From: Eledone cirrhosa
Lineage: Eukaryota
NCBI GenBank assembly: GCA_964016885.1
Contig: OZ024741.1
Coordinates: forward strand, 177,940,001-178,004,000
DNA length: 64,000 nt
Direction of reading: 5' to 3'
The first letter of the stretch is position 1. Each line of letters begins with the position of its first letter. Made by a program: the position numbers and the translations under genes. Below the pieces are notes generated by a model that saw only the letters and a program-made list of their open reading frames with translations, did not search any database and was not told where the DNA came from. Shown one piece after another: positions 42,471 through 57,522 of this stretch.

Positions 42471-43396
42471 TAACCATATACATACATGCATACACATACA
42501 CATATATATATATACACATATATACATATACGCATACATATATACACACATATAAAAAAGAAATATACAATATATTAAAAATATACATAGAGATAATTAG
42601 AAAAGAAGGGATTGTATGCGTATGAGATGGTACACAGGAGGAGTATGATTATGTACACTTGGGCCTGTATACGGAACAAATAATATGTGTTCCAAAATGG
42701 AATACGTGGAGAGTATGGATTCTCGGTTGAAAAGGATTCTCGGTTGAAAAGGTACACATGCATGGGGCGCGTGGACCGGCCATACTGGAGTATGTCACTG
42801 TGGTTGAGATATGTTGTCTTATAGGTGTAAGGTATTTGACTAAAGTCAGTGGAATCCGGGTCAACCTGTCCCAGCTCAGGCGATGTATATATATAATGTC
42901 ATAATTCATATAAATCTGACTTGATTGGCATTCGAGTTTCGTTAATAATGCCCACTCAGCCAGACTGAGAATACCGAACTTGCAGTCAACCAAGATATAC
43001 TAAATACAACTAGCACGTGTGGAGCCATTATCCAACATTAACATCTATAAAGTGTCACACATGGAGAGATAAGTGTACCTCTTCACGTCAGGGGACAGCT
43101 GTTATTTGTGATATCCATTATATCAATTACAGGGCGAATTTTATTTTATAGACATTACTTTTTGCTTTCTTGTAAAATTGAAAGTGTATCTGAGTAGCAT
43201 TTGAACCCCGAATGTTGTGTGACAACCATATGCGGCAGTATACTTCCTATTCGTTCTACCAATTCTAAGAAGAGAAATATACAAATATTATTACCCACCT
43301 CTAATCAAAATGTTCCCGTGTATGGCAGAACCTTAAATGATTAGAGCAGTGGAACAATTTTAAAAAGATTGTGTATTATTGATACGTAAAATTAGA

Positions 43397-43575
43397 TGGC
43401 AGTATCGGTAGAGGGTTGGACGCCATGCTTTCTAGCATAGTTACGTCCCTTTACGGTCTCAGTTCAAATCCCGTCGAGGTTAACTTTGCCTTTCATCCTT
43501 ACGAGGTCGATAAAATAAAGTACCAGTAATGTAGTGGGTAATTGCTGGCCTTCTGTCAAAAGTAGAAACAATTAT
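43397..43575 (+). mobile_element. SINE with TSD
   Basis: Same family; flanks ATTATTRATACGTAAAATT. Confidence 0.9.
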
Positions 43576-44919
43576 TAATACGTAAAATTTTGGAATTAGA
43601 AAACTAAATGTTGAGAACTTTTGTTAAGATTATATACTTCATTACCATTACATATATAATATATATATAACTGTTACATAATAAATAAGTTGAACACATC
43701 GTATCCATGTACGTGTTTCTATAAATCCACTTATATAGATATTAGCCAGCAGCTAGCGTAACAAAAAATTATCTTTAATATATTTTTAATGTTTATTTCG
43801 CTGAACCGAATGAACACTATAACAGCGTAGCTCATCATATCTAAATGCCATGTATTCGGCTCAAAAACGAACAACCAATCGCCTTTTATGCTTACCACCA
43901 GTGGTTTACACCTGGCTCCGCCGATCTCATTTGGATTGCTCGCATATTCAATATCTCTTAGGGAGATTAAAACACACACCGTGACCATTTTCGTTGCAGT
44001 AAAGGTTACATCATCTAGAATGTTGCTCTTAATTTACGCATCCATATTACTTCTTTTCTTAGGGTTTCTGAGGATAAAACGTTTGCCAACTGTTAATGTT
44101 TGTTCCCCGTCTAAACCGTTTTTAGTGTCCCATGGTACGCAACATGTGTGTCCATCCCATACCTATCAGTGCATATCCCAAGTGCATCCATCCTATTTTC
44201 GGTATTAGATAGAGACTGTAATATATTTTAATATTGCCACATGGGACAACATACCTTTTTCTAGGATACAATCAATAATTAGTTGACACCAGTTTGCTGG
44301 GAGTATCTAATTACCATTCTTCTAACAAAAGAAATGTTTCGTCCATATAAATTTGGTGGCTGTGAGTAATTCGCTGATACGACAAAATCAACCTCACTTA
44401 TCTAAAATCATTTCATTCTTTCAGTCCTCTTATTGTCACTCAGTTGCAATTCAAGTCCCCACGTTAAATCAAGTCGTCTTTCTTAGCAACAAGGTTTGTA
44501 CCTGTATACGAACTTCAGCCTCTCATTAAAAATCAGTTACTCGTTTTCCTAATGTAAAGGCCAGCAGAGAATAGCTTCAATGATTTCAGGATTTTACGAT
44601 AAGTACACTAAAAATAAATAAGGAATAAACCAGGAAATCCCAAAACGAATATGACCTAGAAATGTAGAAAGATTTTTCTGCATCGAAATTTAGGCAGAAT
44701 AAAAACAAATATGATTTCAAATGTATATAGAGGTTTAAAAACTGTATCTGAAACAAGAGCAAAGTAATATTTTAAACTACACTTATGTGACGGTTTTACA
44801 TGGCAGGGATACTTTAAAAGAAGCATTAAAACAGTAGTCACAGACGTAAGCTGCTTTTAACATTGAAAATGACTTAGTTTGGTTTTTACAGTGTCATTTT
44901 AAAATTCGTATGTGAGACT

Positions 44920-44963
<44 letters not shown>

Positions 44964-45782
44964 ACAGCCATATAAATATGTGTAAGTTATGTGTCAACAG
45001 AAATATATATATGCCTATAGTTATAGAGATTCAGATTATACATGATTTTTGTATATTCAGCACTGGAAGAATAAGAAGCCTATACTGATTTTAAAGCAGA
45101 ATGATATTTTCTGTTGGTAGAGAATGTTTTTCTTAAAGTAGCGTTTCGAAGCAGGTGGTTTGTGAAGAGGTGAAGAGATTATTGTCGATATTCGTCGTAA
45201 AGGGTTAGAGATATTATTTATTTCACTTGATATACATTATGGCGCAGCGAAAGGAAAATCCACTAATTATATTTGTACTTACACAAATATGTATTCCTAA
45301 ATTTACCATGATATCATTTAGATATAGCCAGTCAAATTATTCACAAATTCATCATTGAGGAAATATTCAAAGGGTATTTTTTTTCAAAGACAAATGTTGT
45401 AGTTTGATTCAATGAGAAGCTATAATTCAGTTAATTCAAAACAGCTGTTTATATATTCAGTAGGTACTGTAATTAGTACATTTTTAGATTAGGCAACAAT
45501 GCTATATTGTTAACGTGGTAACATTTACGAGAGGGAAACATTATTTATATATTCTAATATCAGATTTTAATGTCAAACATTAGAAGATATACGTTTTTAG
45601 AAATATTCGAAAAAAGCATCTCTTGGCAAGAATAATTGAGCAGGGAGGTCCAGTCAAAGATGGATTAATGTTTTTTTTGCAATGAGCCACGAACGTTGAG
45701 ACTATTCCCATTTTAATGTATATCTAGTCATGTTCAATTGTACAAGAAAGTCGCAGCAACTTGGTCTCGAGATGATGCACTT

Positions 45783-45835
<53 letters not shown>

Positions 45836-46790
45836 CTCTTTCTAATCTGTCTATTTTCTTCCTTTATTTCTTTGTTCCTATCACCTCTGTATGCCAATGA
45901 CCTTCTAGCAGTTGATTTCTGTCTTTTGAGGTAAATTTTACGCGACGCTGTAATTGATGGCATTTTGCTGTTTTAACAACTTTCTTGCGTTGAGTTCTTC
46001 TCATTATTCTATGAATTCCAATACACTCGCGCTCCGACTCGTTCTTCGAGAAAACTTTGTATGTCGAAACTGCCAAAGTCCATCTCTATAGCCGACGACC
46101 CTGAGGTTCTGTCTCTTTTATTTGTATTTTAATTTTTTTTTTATAATTTTAAAATGTTTCCCTTAAAAAATTGTTTTTCGTTTTGGCTTTGTTTTCGTTC
46201 ATTGCCTTGTCCTCTTTTTGTTTATCAAGACTAATGTGACGAACGTTTTATAACTTTCCCCCTATTAACTTAAATGGCTTACATTTTTAGCACGGCTTTC
46301 TTCTATTTGCCTTTTTTCTTCCTTTTTTCCTTTGTTTCATTCATGAGACTCTAGTGCTATAAGAATAACCAAATATTTTCCCTGACGTCAAATACAATTA
46401 TATGTGTACTTAATGTAGCTTAATTGCAATAAATTATTGTTTTGTTTCTCGTCTCTTACATCACTGGACAGCGTTGTGGGTTGTGTCCGACGCTGTGAAA
46501 CCTGGTGGACCAGCAGTACCGTAAAATATATAGTATCTTTGTAACTGTTTACATCAAAATATCACCGTGAGTAGTTTCTTTAAACTAATTCTTTTGAAAA
46601 GATACTAACCCTAATGCTTCGCAGCAGACAGTCTCCTTTAACAATATTATCATGGTCTTGCAATTAGTAAAGGGTTCTTTATTCGGTGTTTGACTAGTGT
46701 ACGTATGTTTATATATATATATATATATGTCCCTCTTTCTCTCTCTGTCTCTCCCTCACTCTCTGTCTCTCACTCTACTCCCTCTATCCC

Positions 46791-46902
<112 letters not shown>

Positions 46903-47665
46903 GTAAGTGATAGAAGGTGTAGAGAGAGAGAGACAGAGAATGAGGGGGAGACAGAGAGAGAGATACACTCGCCACATACACATATAATTATATGGTTGTG
47001 CGTTGTTTAACTTATATGTATAGAATCGTAAACATACAAGTCGGTTTAACAAAGCACTACAAACAATCTAAGGAGATTTTGAGATGAAAAGCAGCTTATA
47101 TTTGTCATTAATGTTTTCATGTTTCATGTAAGATCTTATGGAAAATCTTCACCTAAGTCAAGTTTGAAACAAGAGTTCCAGTTGGTGGACACAGCTTTTA
47201 GACTTCTATAGGTATTTGAAATCATTTGTTTAATTCTGCTTAAATGTCTATTCTGCAAAATCGTTCTTTATAGGTCATATGTGCGTAAGCGCTTTTGTTT
47301 TCGTACTGCAATATGTATCATTTATTTTGAGTGCAGATGACCGGGTTAACGTAAAAAACTAGAATCCAGGAAAATATGTTGTGCTCTTGAGAATAGGAAT
47401 AACTGATCTTTGATAAGAGGGTAGAGTTTGCCAACAGTTATGGTATCTTCTAGATTTGTTTCGCACAAGATAGTTTGGTTTGATTCGAAAATTTAATTTG
47501 CAAATTAGGGACATCAAAAATACATCTAGAAGTCAGATTCGAAGACGGAAAGCGATTCAGATAACGGTGAATGATACTGTCACATCAAAACATAGAAATG
47601 CTTGCCCCAAACGAAACAGAATTGAGATTGTGTGTGTGTGTGTGCGTGTGTGCGTGCGTGCGTGC

Positions 47666-47710
<45 letters not shown>

Positions 47711-49341
47711 TGTGTACGTGTGTGTACGTGTGTGTGTGTCTGTGAGTATATGTGTGTGTGTGTGCTTATGTATACGTATGCTTGTGTCTGTTTTTTTTTG
47801 TTTCTTTTTGTTGCCTGCGTTTCCAGTATCAACGTTCTTTTATGAGCAAATAAAATAAGTTAGATGGCATTACTATTACTGCCACAGGTTGATGTGCAAC
47901 TGGAATTTAGTAGACGAGAACCATATATTATATTGTCTTTGTGTTCATAATGTTGTGGCATAATATTTGCTGTTCTACCAAATGTGCTCAACAAATTATG
48001 TACAAGATTTAAAAAATAAATGCTGGCGTCCATATTTCGACTAAATCCCTTTGAGTTTATTCTCCAGCAGAATCGTTGTCTATAGATTGAGAATTGGTTG
48101 AAGAAATATATCTTAACGAACTATTGTGAATGGTTTTACTTGCCCAATCAGAAAAAATAATTTTTAAATAGTACATATACACTAGAACGTATTTTAAAAT
48201 ATTACATTGGAGTTTTATTCAAGGCTTTCAAATAAACATCAGGCTAAAGAGTCATTTACAAATATAAATGAATTATCAATGTTGAAACAAAAATATATAC
48301 TGAGATGAAATTTATTTGAAATCAAAGAAATTGTTATTAAATATATGTATTCCCAACCTGTTGTTAAAATATTATTTTTGGAAATAATATTTTAAAAACA
48401 ATTGCATTGGGAATGTTTATACCATAATTTGAGATTAATTAGGAAGTAGCACAATATAGTCTTATAATTTATATACATTTATCAAAAGTAATAATGCCTT
48501 GGGATATTGATTATATGAGTGCTGTAAAGGTAGCATATTACTTCCCGCCTCTTAATACAATCATCAACTTAAATAATAACTGATATAGCAACGGCCGCAC
48601 AACTCCACCCTGCATGTTCGTGACAACACAAAATATACTGTAAACTTAGCTTCTAAATCTATTATGTCAAAAAAAAACGATGTAGAGGCTCCCCTTCTTA
48701 TTTATAAGAAATATTGATTTTGTAGGAATTAGCTTCATATGTTTGAAATATATAATAGAACATGTCTGTCAGTTCCTACGAACTAACAATGCTGTTTGCT
48801 AGAGAAAGAAGTTACTACACTTTCAGTTTAACTCAACTCTAAGGGAATGCGTGTATGTGAGTAAGTGAGTGTATGTGTGTCTGTGCAAAATATATTTCTG
48901 ATTTATTCTTAATGAAGTATATTCTGTTTAATAAAACACAATTTTAACATTGCATTAAATGCTTTGATCAGGAGTAATCAATTAGTAATTAGTCATCTGT
49001 TGTCGATTCCATGTTGTTCAACCAAAATTTGGATGCCTCCATCCGCTGATACTCTTTTCTGTATTCTGGGGTTCTATGACAATAACATCGTCATGGAAAT
49101 CGTTTGGTGCTGTTGTTTTCTTTATTGAGAAATCTTCTATTCAAAGCATATTTCTATTCAAGGAACCACATTGATCAAAAACAAGCAGCGTTTGAACAAT
49201 GTTGAAAAAATCTTTGTCCTTAACAATGCTGATTCTACGGGGTTTCCTTTTTAAAATAGTAATACAATGAAAGTTACCCCCCCCCCTCATTCTCTCTCTC
49301 TCTCTCTCTCCGTATATATGTATATATATATGTATGTATGC

Positions 49342-49381
<40 letters not shown>

Positions 49382-49384
49382 CTT

Positions 49385-50640
49385 CTTCGTACACTTGTTC
49401 CTGGGAGAGTCGTTAGGGCAGAGTCGTCAAGCACGCCTTCTAACGTCAGAATCAACAGTCTCCAATTAATCAGGCTGGATCTTCAATCTATCTCGCTCAG
49501 GGTATACGCCTGGGTTTCCTGCCGATGAGTTTTACCTGTAATATCTATCCAATGATTCTTTCCTGAGATATTCAAAACAGATATTCTAAATTCTGGAGCT
49601 GTGGTCTCTCAATTTCAACTACTAGAATCTATACTTGAAGTAAATCTCTGATATTCAAGCTATGTATTCTATCGAGTAACGCAACTCCAAAGATCCTTCT
49701 AAGAAACACTATTTCGAACATTTGCATTCGAGATTGTATTATTTTGGTCATTACCCATGATTTATGACCACAGTTTATGGTTGGCATGGATACTGAATTA
49801 ACATACCGAGTTTCGATTTTACACCTACCTCCCTTCTTCTGGTGACCGAATGCTGAAGTTGGCTCATTACTGCCTTAACTCCTGCACTTAATTCCGCATC
49901 TTTCATTCCATTACTCCTGGACACAATTGGATGAAACTTGAACATCTCGACCTGTCTCAATGAACTCCATTCACATGTAAAGGGAAACTACACATGCGTC
50001 TTTGAAAGGACGAGTGTTTCGGTTTTCGGGGCACTGGTTTTTATTCCTGCCGTTCAGGACTCAGCATCAACACTATCAAGTACATGTCGGAGATCACATA
50101 CTGACGGGTTAACTATTACCATGTCATCTGCATATTTCAGCCAACTGATCCTACTTACGCCAGGCTTGCTACCACTTCCAGCCCAGCTGCGCAGGTCAAG
50201 CCTATTCATAAAGACTATAAACAAGAAAGGTGACAGGGCGCCGCCTTGGTGGAGTCTAACCACAATGGTTTGGCTTTGATTTAGCACCTTTTATCCGAAC
50301 ATAAATACTAGCGTATTCGTATAGAGAAACCAGGGCAAGAGAAAACTGTACATCGATCCCATACTCATACAGAACCTTCCACAAAACGTCTCGTGGAACC
50401 GGGTCAAGTGCCTTTATGGGTCTATGAAGCAAAAAAAAACAAAACACCTCTTGGCAATACACTCACGATTTCTCAAAAATCTGTCACACTGTGACTATTT
50501 GATCGGCTGTTTTGCGTCCTGGAAAAAACCAAACTGATCTTCAACTATGTTGGACTTGACAATATACCTATTTCTCCTTGCCAGAAATTTAGCATAGATT
50601 TTATCGGAAGATGGGGATGGCTAACAAGTAGATACACCTC
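49385..50640 (-). mobile_element. Degraded RTE-clade LINE, 3' half
   Basis: KALDPVPRDVLWKVLYEYGI, LHQGGALSPFLFIVFM, KYADDMVI, FLRRIFGV. Confidence 0.8.
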
Positions 50641-50939
50641 TCTGAAGAGAGAAACCCAGAACCATTTCAAACAGGGACCACCATCAAGACTCAGAGTTTT
50701 TTTCCTACTATTACATGATGGTTAACTAAAGGTAATGACCAGTTCTATTCATTGGTGATACCAAATCATATATTATATGTATCAGTAATTGCGAGAATAT
50801 AAATATTCATTATAGGGGTGATTGTGTGATGTAAACTACATAATTGCTAGATGTTTAAAAAAAGATAAAGAAATTTCTATATATCCGATACCGGTGCAAC
50901 GCCGCGCGTCATTACTATTAATATTATATTATGTAAATA

Positions 50940-51528
50940 CCGCCTAGGTTAACTTTGCCTTTCATCCTTACGGAACCGATAAAATAAAGTACCAGTCACG
51001 CACTGGGGTCGATTTAATCGGCTTTCCCTTCCCCCAAAATTGCTGGCCTTGTGCCTATAAGAGAAACAATTATATTGGGTAAATGATGCTAACATATTAA
51101 TAATGGTTTCTTATATAGGCACAGGGCCTGCAATTTGGGGGAAGGGTAAGGTCGATTAAATCGACCCCAGTGCATTATATTATCGACCGCGTAAGGATGA
51201 AAGGCTAAGCTAATCTTGGTGGTATTTGAATGTAAAGGGCCGAAACTCTATGCTTCAATGCATGGTGTCCGACGTTTTACCGATACTGCCAATTCACAGC
51301 CCTATTAATAATGGGTTCTTATATCGGCACAAGGCCAACAATTTGGAGGGAAGGGGAAGTCGATTAAATCGACCCCAATGCGTGACTGGTACTTTATTTT
51401 ATCGACCCCGTAAGGATGAGAAGCAAAGTTAACCTCGGTGGGATTTGAACTCAGAAAGTAAAGGGCCATAACCTTATGCTGCAAAGCATGGTTTCTGATG
51501 CTCTACCGATACTGCCAATCCACCGCCC
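50940..51528. mobile_element. Cluster of three SINE copies (+ 50940-51072; - 51105-51300; - 51312-51528)
   Basis: Same core; a longer variant with an extra GGGGTCGATTTAATCGAC..CCCTTCCC segment. Confidence 0.85.
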
Positions 51529-54324
51529 TTATACACATGTTAATATCATCGAATGAGGCTTCAGAAGACAATTTGCTTTGTAGCACTATGGTACGATAGA
51601 CTAAGTAAAAGAATATACATATACTCTAAAGAGCCTAATATTATGTTGATCACATTAAACAATACAAGCAATATGGATTCATTTTGGTTAATATCAAGAT
51701 GTCGTTTGTAAGATAACTTTTACTTGACTCGTGTAACCTGAGAATCATGTAACCTATGTTATCGATCCTCACAAAATTGATTATAAAATCGCCATTTCCC
51801 AGATTTACAACCAATATATAGAGTTATTGGAGGAAATATTGTACAATACCTTGCTAAATCATTATTTTTTACTTGGAAATTTCTATCTATTATACAATTA
51901 CTATCTTCAGCCATGATTCTAGCCAAAAAGAAGTACGTTGTTTATATTTTTACTGGTATTGCATAATAATCGCCGTCATCAGAATTACGGACTCTCTCAG
52001 ATTTACGGTTATCAAACTGCATTGTCAATCATTAGAGTGGTAAGTTGTACAACGACAAAGAACCTGTCAGTAAGTAGGTGAACGTGTCTAGGACATGGCT
52101 TGGGACGAGTGGTTAGCTCGATAGCTAAGCTCGATAGCTCAGCTCGGGATAATATGTGAAGTATTGATAGATTTTATTAACACGTATAGCTTGTATTACA
52201 AGCGGATAAATGGTATCCGTTATCAAGATAGCAGAACAGTTAAATATTTTGGAAAAATACCTTACGATGTTTTTCTAGCATACTGTGTTCATATCACAAC
52301 GAGGGAAATTCTGCATGACATCTTTTCGTATTCTATAAATAATGTACCGGTTATGTACTGCATTCGATAGAGTCGACATTCCCTTCCCAATAATTTTATT
52401 GTGTCTAAATTTCAAATCATTCGTTTAAACTGTAAAATTGTTTCCATTATTTGTTTGAAATTTCTACGCTCTTGATTCAAATTCTGACGCAGTCAACTTT
52501 GCCTTTTATTCTTCCGAGATCGATGAATTAAAGTGACAATCAATAACTGATGTCGAAATCACAAAATATGACTTTTCTACAATAGAAGAACATTGTGAGA
52601 CTCTCGTGTATTATACGTAAACATATATATGCTTTCATATACACCTCTTTATATATATGTATGTATTCTCGAGGACATGGAAATACTCGGTTTGGTGCCC
52701 GAGCTTGCAGTTATCCCACCAGGAGTAAGGGACCACTATTTCTTATTATGACATCATTTGCGGAGAACGGAAACTCTAATGTAAAGCCGCAACTTGATGG
52801 TAGCCAATAATGTTGACTTGATCAGAGAGTGAGATTGGTCGAATGCAAGGCTTTTGTTTCCCGTAAAAAAGTTTCAAGCACAAACATCACTCGATCTGAA
52901 TGACGTTCACTTGAGTTGCGTGAACCTTTTTCTCTTTTCTTTCGCTGCAACATATGCAGAGAGGAATCTCAATCCTTGGCAGGTTTAAATATCATGCTTG
53001 TGCCATCCATATACGAGATGGGATGGGATTTTTCAAAACCAAGCTGCAACCATTATGTATGTATGGATGTATATATATATTTATATATTATGTATGCATG
53101 TATGAATGTATAAAGTGGAACTTCAAACCAGAGAAACAGAACTGTACATAAGATAGTTCGTATCCCACCCGCAAAATTCGGATTTAACATCTTACCGTTA
53201 TCAAAAGTAAGAGCCAAACTGGTCCTAAAGACTATCACAACCCCTTTCGCTATTTATTTTTTCATGCGTAATCAAATTAAATCATGAAAATGAATTTATT
53301 ATATAAGAAGCAATTCCATTCTATCTCCTTTTACAAACTGCTGACGAATTAATCAAAGACGTAATAAAAAAATTAAAAGTTCTATTATGTCTCTTGCAGG
53401 AATTTTACACAAATCACTACCATTTTTAATGTTATATCATCATTTAGAATTAATGTTTGGCTAAGTTATTATGCTCATTCATAACTTAAATCCCAGGGAA
53501 GTGATACCAAATGGAACTATGTTAATGACAGTTTGTTTTGTGTTAATTCTATGAGTGAAAATGAAAATTTTCTTTTGCCGTCGGAAAATAACATTGCTTT
53601 TTTTATACAGAACATTGATTTATCTCCTTTCGACATAATTCTCTCATTTACATTATATATGCAGCAAATTCCAAGTGATTACTTCATTTGCTATCGTAAT
53701 AGATTTATCACATAAATATACTGAAAAGAATCTCCTCCGCAATACCTGTGTACCTATTACACCTAATGTTTTACAGCATTACCCATAATCATTTCTATAG
53801 AAAATTTAGTGTCTTAACTGAATATGTTCTCTGTCAAGAGCCTTAGCTGAGCTCACTTGCCATTAAATGTGTTAAATCCTATCGGAGTAGTGGGGGCTCC
53901 GTCGTGATATACAGCGATAATTAGGTGCTTTAATCGTGGCTCAGCCCATCACGTCTCCAAAATTGAACAGGGAGAGTGAGATAAGGTCAGGGTTGAGAAA
54001 GAGATATCAAATATCAACAATAGTACTCTGTTAGAAATGTTTTATCAACCTCGAAATGATGACATCAGCGGGATTCGAACTCTGAAAGCGTGGAGTCTCA
54101 GGAGGAATACCACAGACCATAATATTTAATGCTTTAATGACCCTGTAAAATCATCCTAACAATCCATAATTATTCCATCTATTTTCAGATTTAAAGGAAT
54201 ACATGATCTTATAATACATCTCGAAATTGTACGTCCAGCATTGTTGCTGACTGCTACCGAGATTTCTGTGGAGATCTAGCGCGGAAATAATTGTCATTAA
54301 AAGGCGACCCTAATTGATAAGACG

Positions 54325-54625
54325 ATGCGTGACGTAGTGGTTAGGCTGCTTGTCTCATAATCGTACGACTGTGAGATTAATTCTCCGCCACTTATTACGA
54401 ATTTGAGCAATAAACCATATTTCCTGTTGCTTCAGTCCACTTAACTAAAATCATATCATTTGTACCTGCAATTCATGGGTCATCCTTGTCACACCGTATT
54501 ACTACGAATTCCTCTGATAATTACATAAATAGTACACGTCCCTGTACAAAGCTCAGCAGAACTACACATATATTTCAGGAGCTGGCTGTTCCGTTGGTGA
54601 AACAACTGGAACAATTGACCTCGGA
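54325..54625 (+). mobile_element. Old SINE of a second family (possibly CORE-like)
   Basis: tRNA-like GTAGTGGTTAG head, then TTGAGCAA..TTTCCTGTTGCTTCAGTCCAC; heavily decayed. Confidence 0.4.
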
Positions 54626-56226
54626 ATCAAAGAGAGAAAACAACACAGAGCACCTCATATTTTAGAAGCAATTTTTATGATTTCATTTTGAATATCATTT
54701 AGTAAAAATACGAACATGAAGAAAGCTTTCAAGGAAAATGTATCAACAAAGGAGAGTTAATCAAATATATTGCCGGAAGATAAATTTCAGACTATTGTGA
54801 TGAGTGAAATTTAATTAGTAAATAATATTCTCCCTATCAAATTGAATGACTGAAATTGTTAACTTTGTTCGTAAATTTTAAATGTTTTCCCTGCTATTAA
54901 TCTCACATTTAGTGTCTATATTTAAAATACATCAACATTACGGTTCAATATGTTGTCCCCGAAATACAATGGATTTGTGGAAGGAATTTTTATTTACACT
55001 CAATGGAAGTGGGCACTGAAAGTGAAAAAGCTGGGATGGGCGATTTTTGGAAGTCAATGACTTATGAGGAAAGACAGGAGTAAATTATTCAAGTATTGTA
55101 ATATTCACTTCCTCTATGTATTTCATGACATTTACATCAGGAAAATTTAATAAAAAAATAGTTGTTTCAAGCTGATTTATTGAGAATTCTTATAGATGTT
55201 CGAATTATTATTATTATCGTTTTAGAGTTACACACTCAATGTTCATTGAATTGGCTGAGTTAATTCAAGGAATATTGACAAGCAAATGAAAGAAATTAAT
55301 TTAAATTTTTATTCAAATTCTGTGGGATGTATTTGGCACTTATCGAAGTATTTGCACGTGTTTATGTTTACACTTACACATAAAACTACTGATATGATTG
55401 CTAAATCCCTCGCTAATGCTGAAGATCTTTGATTTATTACCTCTCAAGTTTATTTTGCTGCAATTGTTTATCTACCGAAATCATTTTCTTCCCTCTCGTT
55501 CCAGATACTGATGAGTTATATCCAAACGTTCACTAAACTAAAAATTAATCTTAACCCAAATAATTAATTATAATTTCGATGTTTACAATTGATTTCGTTT
55601 CTGTAGGCCACGATAGAATTGAAATATACTATGTCTAAAGCCAGCTGTATCTAAGCTGGGAATTGATGATAAGAGAATAATTTGAATAGGAACGGAATGA
55701 AAAACATTATTCTTTTACAGATATATTCCTTTTACGGAATTGCAAACGTTAAAGCTTATAAATATAAGCAAGTTGTATTGCCTAAATTCGTGTCTCACTT
55801 ATAAATATATGTTTGACAAATATATAAGAAATGCAGCATAACTTTTAGAAATATGTTAGTAAAGAAATAGAGTATCATGTATATTTATATATTTAAGACA
55901 CACTGTGTGGTTATTAAGCAATAACTGTTGGTGTTATCTTGTTCAGATCCCAATGTTGTGTTATTAACCAAATATTCATCATCAAGAGGTGTGGAAATTT
56001 ATACTAGCATATGTTTGGTACCAACATAGTCGCAGAGAATTAGAACGTAAAATGGCAATTTAATAAATTTTCATTCGCATATTCAATGACCTTACGGCGT
56101 ATATTATTAGAGTAATGTTGAGAAGGTTACACACCTGGGGTGGTAGATTGGTAGATTAACAACTAAACGAAATTAATTGCAGTGTCTATTCGATCACTCT
56201 GTGCGCTAATGTCTATATATATGTAA

Positions 56227-56287
<61 letters not shown>

Positions 56288-56288
<1 letters not shown>

Positions 56289-57240
56289 GTGGGAAAGTAA
56301 AAAATCGGAGAATAGACCGTTAAAACATGTTTATTTAAAACAGCACTTACGTACGTTTCGCCCAGTTGGGCTTCTCAAGGGCATAAATAATCACAAGTGT
56401 TCCTTATATTGCTCGGAAAGAGTTTTGGGGGTTAAATCGACATCAAGGTTCATTGCTCGCAAAAATATCTTGTTTTGATTTTGCAGCAGGTCAAGGGAGG
56501 TAACTCTGGACGGTGTTAGGGCAGTCTTTCCCGGACAATTTTTTTTTTCTTCTTACCGCAACTGTTTGTCTAAGGCTGGGTCTGGTACGCAAGGATTGTT
56601 TCCCGGGTGTCTGGTACGCAAGGATTGTTTTCGCCTGCCCGCCGGGGTGTTAAGACTTGTTGCAGGGAGATCCGGTGTACGGTTTCACTCCTCATCCTTA
56701 ACCCATCTGAAGAAGGATATTTTTAAGCGATGTGTACAACTTATCGCTGTTTCAGCTCTGCTGTTGATGAGCTCGTGGGCTGCAGTTATGATGTGGTAGA
56801 GCTCCATGAGGCAAAGATCGCATTTCCTCTTGAAGTTGTACGGTGAAGCCCTGCCGACAATCTCCCAGTGCGTGGAGAAGCTGATGTTTAAGTTCTTTAG
56901 TGATGTGATGTAGTCCACGAGCGAGTGGAGTGCCCTAATTTTCTATTTGTGAAAGAGTGTAGATGTGTTCGAAACCTAATTTTGAACGGGCCGGAGGTAG
57001 CCCCTATATAATGTTTTACGCTATTGTGGCTGGTAATAGTGCATCTATATATAGACCTATCAGTCAAGCAGTATCCTCTAAGGGGGCAGCGTCCTCTGTC
57101 GCGGCAGTTGCAATTTCTGTCGCGGTTCCGTCTATTTCCCACGGTAAGGCTATCATTGTTGCTGCCTACGTTGTTACCTACGCTCCCGCAGCTGTCGTTA
57201 GCACCATTACAACCCGCAGCACGCGGGGTGGTACTATTGT
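56288..57240 (-). mobile_element. PLE 3' fragment (Nematis-like GIY-YIG) with hammerhead-like end
   Basis: CNCRDRGRCPLRGYC, IYRC..YIGAT, CDLCLME..LINSRAE..CTHR; at 56343-56383 the minus strand reads TTGAGAA-GCCC aact GGGC-GAAA-CGTACG-TA; (TA)n flanks. Confidence 0.88.
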
Positions 57241-57522
57241 TATATATATATATATATCAAAGAGTATATATATATAGTAATAATAATAATAATAATGTTT
57301 TCTTTATTAACTACAAGGGTTTACATGAAGTAGACATTAAGGAGAGTACAGGACAATAGAGGACGGTACAAATGGGCATTTCTGCGTGTAAAAGAAAACA
57401 GAGGATGTAATAAAATAACAAAGAAAAATTCCCCAATAGGAGGGAGACTTCTGAGGGACATTTGTGGAGAAAGCCCATTAAAATACCACAGTGACCCTGA
57501 CAACCAGTTTTCCACCTTTAAT

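Noticed and set aside
50888-50920. Helitron 3' hairpin-like motif
   Set aside because: No CTAG terminus or matching 5' end could be established.
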